This document shows positions 57,185 to 64,000 of a stretch of 64,000 bases of DNA, in pieces. The stretch comes from the human T2T-CHM13v2.0 reference genome, Homo sapiens. The position numbers and the translations under genes were made by a program. Within the stretch, counting starts at the first letter, position 1. The number at the start of each line of letters is the position of its first letter. The stretch lies in the NCBI RefSeq assembly GCF_009914755.1, contig NC_060939.1; one strand, 5' to 3'. A model generated the notes under the pieces. That model was not told the origin of the DNA. It made no database searches and saw only the letters and a program-made list of their open reading frames with translations.

Positions 57185-57735
57185 TACATTATCTCTGTAT
57201 AACAAATTGTCCCAGAACTTGGTGGAATAAAACAATCATGTTATTATTCTGTGGATCCAGAATTCTAACAGAGCTCAGTAGGGATGGCTTGTTTCTGCTC
57301 CATGAGGTCTAGGACCTCACCTGAGAAGATAGGGCAGCTAGAGTGACTGAAAAACTGGGGGCTTTTGAAAGTATGTTCACAAATATGTGTGGCAGCTGAT
57401 ACTAGCTCTCAGCTGGAACCTCGCCTAGGGCAATCAATCAAGCATTTACATGTGTCTCATGTAGATTGGGCTTCCTCACAGCATGGCAGCCTCATGGTAG
57501 TTGGACTTCTTATATGTAGGCTCAGGGCTCCAAAAATGAGTGCACCTGCAGGAAACAGACACGCTGCATTGCCTTTTATGATGCAGCCCCTAAAGTCATA
57601 CTGTGTCACTTTTGTCATGCTGTGTCAGTTGAAGCAGTCACAACCTTGCCCAGATTCAGAATTGGGGAAATAATATCCAACATCTCAATGGGAAAAGTGC
57701 CAAAGAATTATTAGGTCATTTTTAAAAACCACTAC
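57185..57735 (-). mobile_element. MLT1 (J/K-type) LTR
   Basis: tgtataacaaattgtcccagaactt...gggatggcttgtttctgctcc...gggcttcctcacagcatggcagcc...tgccaaagaatt...aaaaccactaca. Confidence 0.75.
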
Positions 57736-57869
57736 ACTATTTTCTTTTCAGTTTCCCAGAGAAGGAGACTGAGGCACAGAGAAATTCCCCAGCCATAATC
57801 AAGTCATCTAAATCCTGAGCTGACATGTAACTTTAGAATGATGCAGCCTCTCTGTATTTGAATCGATTG

Positions 57870-58915
57870 TGCCCTTAGATTTAATGCCCTCAAATTGAGT
57901 GTTTCATAATCTACCTTTTCTCCTGTGTTATTCTTCTGCAGCATATTATTCCATCTAACCAGTGACTCAAGCTAAAAAACCTGGGAGTACTCTTTGAGTT
58001 TTTCTCTCACCCTCATCCATGAATTGAATCAGTCCAATTCTATTAGGCAGGAGTTGTTCACATTTGAAATAGCTGCCCAATTGTATCTCTTCTGTTTCCA
58101 TAAATTAGATTAGAATCAGCTAAAACTTCCATTTGCCACATAGGCAGGAAATCCACTGCTCCCGTTGCTGTGCTGCCCATCTTCTGGGTCTTCTAGAAGA
58201 CTGGAGAGAAAGTCTGCCCAGGCAATGGCAATGCTATTGAAGGACAGGCCCTAGTGGTGGTCTCCCTCCTGATCTGGTAACTGCCTTTGCAACCTCATTG
58301 CCAAATGATAGAGCAAGAAACACCAGACACCCTTACCTGAATGGGCTATGCCTTGGTAAGATCTCCCCTGCCAAGACCCTGACATATGCCAATATTGTGC
58401 CTGGGCTCTGAGTATTGAGTTATTTCAGCTTCATGCAGAGAATCCTCTCTGGGACCTCACCATCGATGAGGTCTCAGGAGTTAACTCTCATGCCACCTGA
58501 AGCCACAGCCCTTCCTCGGGTTTTGTGAAGGTCAAGTTGCTTTCTTTTTCAACTTTGTGATCAATGCTTTTATTTATCTCCCTTTCACACACGAGAAAAC
58601 CTCAGCTTCTCTGAGAAGGGCTCTGAATCCAGGAGCACTAAGAAGTTTCTTCATCTTCTCTGGAAGGAAAATACCATCTATGTCTTACTAATGACACCCA
58701 ATGAGTCTCCCACATGGGGTCAAGCAATAGGACTTGCTGTTTTATCAGTTGCTGAAGTAAATGAATCAAACAGGCAAAGTTTTCATAGGGCTTCCTCCTA
58801 CACGTACCAGATTTTCCTTCTAAACATTTCTCAAATCATTCCCTCTCCCCTAGTCCTGCTTTTACCAGCTCAGTCCAGGTCCTAATCATCCCTCTCCTAG
58901 ACATTATAAAGGAGC
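57870..58915 (+). mobile_element. L2 remnant split by an unidentified insert of about 760 bp (58041-58802)
   Basis: The left L2 part (caagctaaaaaacctgggagt...tctcaccctcatcc) resumes on the right (ttccttctaaacatttctcaaatc...gtccaggtcctaatcatccctctcctagac). Confidence 0.55.
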
Positions 58916-59301
58916 TGTATACAAAAGGCCTCTAGTTCCTCAGGCAGTGTCTTAGGAAGCCCCACAGCTAAGGGCCTGGAAAAGTCAATCCAGGCAGCTC
59001 ATAGCCACAAGAGCTGCTACAAACAGAAAAGCACCACTTCAATCTGCTTCATGAGGCAGAAGCATTTGCCCCTTAACATGCATGAAGCAATCTCCTTTTA
59101 GGAATGAATTTGGAGAATAAGAAAGTGGTGATCTTCTGCTGCCAAAAAGAAAAGTTATAGAAAACTCCAACCTAAAACAAAAATTTGACCATGAGCGTGA
59201 CTTAGGATACGCCGCTGTTTGAAACCCTATAGTGGTCCCCCACAGGCTCAAAAGGAAGCTGCTTCTTTATGTGATACAAGGACTTTCACGATCTGTACCC
59301 A

Positions 59302-59303
<2 letters not shown>

Positions 59304-59351
<48 letters not shown>
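59304..59351. repeat. (AC)~24 microsatellite
   Basis: Read directly from the sequence. Confidence 0.98.
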
Positions 59352-59352
<1 letters not shown>

Positions 59353-60184
59353 ACTCCAGCATCTTCCTTTTGCACACTATCTTCCAACAACAATGAACAA
59401 CTTGTATTTCCCAGTAGACGCTGTATCACAGCCCTAAGCCTCTGTTCATCCCTCCCCTCTGCCTAGCCCTATCCACCCCACTAACCCCCATCCAAGCTTT
59501 CACAATCAATTTGACCATTATCTCAGCCAGAAAGCCCGAACCCCTACCTCTCTCAAGCCTCTGCCAATGTAGGTGTCCATCCTCCGCACTCAAAAACACA
59601 CTGCAAATCATTATCACTGTTTTATAACTATCAGATCAGGAGTTGGTCCCACTCTACACTGGGGGTTGCTTAGACAAAGGGCCTGATTTTAATCTATCTT
59701 TGTGTCTCCGTGCCCAGTAGAGGGCCTGGTAGATGTACACACTCAGAAATTGTGTGCTGCGTCCATTGATTCAATCTAATTGCAGTTAGAGTACTCTTTT
59801 ATTACCCTACCCTCCCAGATCAAGTATTTTTGCATAGTCATAACTTTCTCCTATCTCCTTCTTGTCGGTTTACAATCTGCTTTATTCTTTACTATGACTC
59901 AGCCTTACAGTTCTCCAAGCTTAGCATTTTCCTTGTAAGAATTCAGCGTTCTTCACTTCTGCCTTCTTTGCTCCTGTTTTGATCTCATATTCCTCAACTG
60001 CCTCATAGTAGTTATTTGTGTGCTTGCTTGTGTCTTCCAGTGGATTGGTGTCTATGGAGAGAAGGAGCTTACTATGAGGCTTTGTTCTCCTCACAACACC
60101 ACTTGAGGCCCTGCTCATAATAGAAAACTCAATAAACATTGGTTTTGCTCTGTTGACAGTTCCGAGTCAGATATGCCTTGGCTT

Positions 60185-61125
60185 TTTAAATTTTTGATTA
60201 GATTCACATAAGTAAAAATCACATATTTTGGCATATAATTCTGAGCCATGGAAAACACATAGTGATACCATCATACCACAAGTAAGATTTAGAACAGCTC
60301 CATTATCCCAAAAATGCCTATATGCTGCCCTATCATAGTACAAAACTCCACTTTCCCTGAGTTCCTAGAAACCACTGATCAGTTCTCCGTCCCTGTAGTT
60401 TATCCTTTCTTTGGTGTCATGTAATGGAAATCATGCCATATGTAGCCGTTAGCTTGTTTGACCTAGAAAAGTGCATTGAGAGTCACTTATTTTGGTGCAT
60501 GTGAAATAGTTCATTCTTTATTGCTGAAGAGCATTCTATTGGATGGATACACCATTGGATGGATATACCATTCCATTGGATGGATTCACCAGTTGAAAGA
60601 CATTGGGTTGTTGCCAGTCTGGGGCATTTATGGTAATGCTATTTTAAATATTTGTATGCAGGTTTTTGTGTGAACATAAATTTTCATTTCATTTGGATAA
60701 ATACCTAAGGGTGGAATTGCTGGGCAATACAATAAGTATATGTTTAACTTTATAAGAAACTGCCAATATTTTCTAAGAATACAATATGACCGTACCATTT
60801 GATATTTTTATCAGCAATATGTGTTCCAGTTGCTCCACATCATCCCCAACAGCTCTTGGAATTGTCCATTTGTTTCATTCTGTTTTGTTTTGTTTTGTTT
60901 TAGTCAATCTAATAGGTGAATGGTGTTATCCCATTGTGGTTTTAATTTGCATTTTCCTAATTAATAATGATGTTGAGCATCTTTCCATGTGTTTATTTGC
61001 CATCCACATATTACCTTCTTTGACAAAGTGTCTGCTCAAGCCTTTTGCTCATTTTTTATTGAGATGTTTGTTTTCTTACTGTAAATTTTGAGAATTCTTT
61101 ATATTTTTTGAATAAACAGACTTTG
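60185..61125 (-). mobile_element. Old L1M (L1MB/ME-type) 3' end
   Basis: aaccactgatc, caggtttttgtgtgaacata, ggataaatacctaagggtggaattgctggg, gttttaatttgcatttt. Confidence 0.85.
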
Positions 61126-61979
61126 TCATAAAAAGAGAAAAGAAAATGTGGACTGGGTGCATGCATAAAGGATGGAGAAAAGTGAGGGAACAGCATTTCT
61201 TGGCCAAACAAGGAGGACTTCTTCTATGAAGCTCTAGCTTGTCCTGTGCTGGACACTGCTGCGACTCTCAAACTGCTACACGGTCTCAGGACAGAGACTC
61301 CCTCACTCCCACCCCTGCGAAATATAATGGAATCCTGCATGATTCAAAAGGAACCTGAATTGCTTCAGGGTCAAAATAATGAACATCAATTATCCCAATA
61401 GCAGCAAAGAACAGATACAAAAGTTAATAGAGTTTTCTGGATGACAGAATGCTGGACAGACAAATCCATGCTGCATTATATAGCAAAAGATACTGAAATG
61501 TGGAGATATGAAAAAAAAAAATGGTGCTAAGCTGCAAGTGCCACACAGTCTGGGGTGTTGTAAATGAGAGAAATCCTCCACGATTACTACATTGATCACA
61601 AGAATCGGGCAGAATTTGCCACGGAGCTGATACAAGTAAATCCAAATAAATACCCTCCTAGATGGGGATCCAAATGCTCAATTAGCATTTCAGAACATAC
61701 TCAGGGAGCTTCAAAGAGCCTGGCACTCTCGTATCATTACGAGGAGGAAAATCTTATCCCAGCCAGGCTTTTTCAGTATCCAGTGTTGTGAAAAGCCCTC
61801 CATGAGGGGCTGGGAAGTACTCAACCTCCCCATGCACCAGAGTCTATTTTCAGCCAACAGTCACCATGTGCTCCTCTGGATTATTTTAAAATCTCTCTTC
61901 CCTGAGCCATTCTTGTCTTCTATGAGACTTCATTGCACCTTCAATATATAATTTTTTCTTACATGATTTACTAGTTTAA

Positions 61980-62773
61980 GTTTAATTTAAAAATAGATTT
62001 TTATTGGCAAGCCTGCACATAACTGAATTGGGTCCATCTTATGGGTTTTGATCCAGCTGTTGTCTTCGGTAACTATGCAAACACTGTGAATGAAATGCAG
62101 AGCCCAGCAATGCCTCCTTATGGAAAGCACAGGAAGCCTTGCTCTAGCCTCTCCTCTGACAGACAAAGAGAATCCACCTGCAAATTTCTCGCTGATAACG
62201 GATATTTGGATATGGATAACAGGTATTTAAGCAGTGTACTTGCCAACAGAGTTATTTGGCAATAATAGTAAAACAGTGTATCTAGCTACTTAAATAAATA
62301 AATTGAGCCTTTCAGGGTTATTAAAATTAAATTTAAACGGGAGAGAAAAAGCTGTACATGCTGACTGCATGTGGGTGGGTGTCCAAGTGTGCGCACGCTT
62401 GCGTTTCTTCACGACTTTCCAAACACCAGTGCAGAACCTTGTACATACACAGCCAGAGCAGCCAGTGTGAACAATGTCCTATACGTGGGTTTAATTTGTT
62501 TTGTAAATACAAGTGTAATTGGCATTTAAGGGGCCACTCTAAATTGCCATCGCCCCCTCTGTCTGAGCATGAGTAATCTAATTTTTCTGCAGAGCATGTT
62601 GCAGTTTGATAGACAGGTCTCCGAGGACTGTCTTGTATGTCAGCATCGGTGAAAATGAGTTCTGAAGTACAGTCACACCCCCACGCGAGCGAGGAGTCCC
62701 AATCACCCACGACTCATAGATCCATTTGCCCCATGTCTTGCTTCGGACAGATAATATATTCATTTGCTTCTGG
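61980..62773 (-). other. Candidate terminal exon / 3'UTR of an unidentified minus-strand gene extending beyond the window
   Basis: Minus strand reads CTCAC branch point, T15, AG acceptor (62775-62774), ATTTATTTATTTA ARE (62303-62291) and AATAAA (62005-62000). The region is repeat-free and CpG-retaining. Confidence 0.5.
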
Positions 62774-63874
62774 CTAAAAAAAAAAAAAAATAGTGAGAAA
62801 CCGCTGGTGCATACTGATGGCATCCTCAAGGAGCTGTAATTGGGAGAAGTGATACGCAGCTTCTGAACATGCCAGGGGACCTCAAGCTGCTATCGTCCTT
62901 CTTTGCTCTGCAGCCAACTGGAAACAATGAACCCCCAAACTCTCAGGGGATCTAACTGTCCTCTCTTGTAGGGCTGGAAAATTAAAATCTATCTCTCGAC
63001 AAAAAGGGAATTTGTTTGCAAGTGCCACTAAGTATTTAAGCTGAACACTAAATATTATCTGATTAACATTACTCCCTGAGGAAAAGTGTTAGCTTTCTTG
63101 TCTACTTCCATTGTGTTTAAACAATGCGCGATGCATGTGTGTCCTTCTGTATTGAAATATTTAACATAAGAGTATAAAAAGCAAAATAAAATGATGAAAC
63201 TGCAATGTTTAAAGGGTAGGATGAGTTCACTCATGGAGAAGTTAGCCATGCGCAAGCCTGAGTTCCACTCATAGAGGGGCATGAGCCATGTACTCACAGG
63301 CCCTGGTCATTCCCTGGTGAGCAAGCTTGCTTATGGGAGACAGAGAATTTACCAGGAACTCAAGCATCTCCCTTCAAACAGTACTGATAAGCCCTTTACT
63401 ACTAACCCATATTTTGATATTTAATAATGTGGTATGTATGCTAAAAAGCTGAGGACTTTATTATACCAATGTGAATTGCGTTGGTTAAAATGTTTTCATT
63501 TGGATGCATCAATTCTGTTTTCTATTAGTTAGAACAGTTTATATTTTTGGACACCTTTATTGTATATACAAGAGCTATTTTTGTTCAACAATTTCAGCTT
63601 TTGGAAATATCTGGGAAAGGATTGCTTTGTGTGATAATGAAAGTGCACCTGCTCCATGTATATTGCAATGTCGGACCCATTTTCTTTACTCTCCCTACAG
63701 CGTGCACTGTACAGTAGTTGCCCAGTAAACTATGATTTGAAATGCAAAACGAAATCAAATTAGGTAGAGCACGTAAGATGACTCACTGCATGTACAATTT
63801 TAGGATGTCCCAGAATATGTATGAAACAATGTGATCAAATTACAATGTACTGATAACTGGCATTAAATTCATTA

Positions 63875-64000
<126 letters not shown>

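Noticed and set aside
62546-62562. CTCF-like site (AGGGGGCG on the minus strand)
   Set aside because: The 5' half of the consensus does not match.
62733-62790. U6 snRNA-like 5' fragment (tcttgcttcggacag) followed by an A-run
   Set aside because: Only a 7-nt exact core (gcttcgg) and no TSD. The A-run is better explained as the minus-strand polypyrimidine tract.

Overview
Primate (human-like) genomic DNA, repeat-rich and mostly non-coding. Repeats include L1s of several ages, 11 Alu or Alu-monomer copies, MaLR/ERVL solo LTRs, DNA transposons (MER1B, MER30, Tigger3a-like, MER5-like, a Ricksha-like MULE end), MIR/L2 remnants and microsatellites. There is no complete protein-coding gene; the ORF track is L1/Alu debris and chance ORFs. 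The best gene-like signal is a candidate minus-strand terminal exon with 3'UTR features at about 61980-62773, belonging to a gene I cannot name that would extend beyond the right edge. Two weaker minus-strand acceptors lie at 27323 and 14624. The most unusual structure is a set of five short non-tandem local duplications (22-90 bp, copies 0.1-2.2 kb apart, one inverted), one of which copies a homeodomain/SOX/XRE motif cluster. A clearly readable twin-primed L1 is also present. I find no support for a wholly new biological system. Subfamily names come from recalled consensus sequences, and boundaries without TSDs are approximate.
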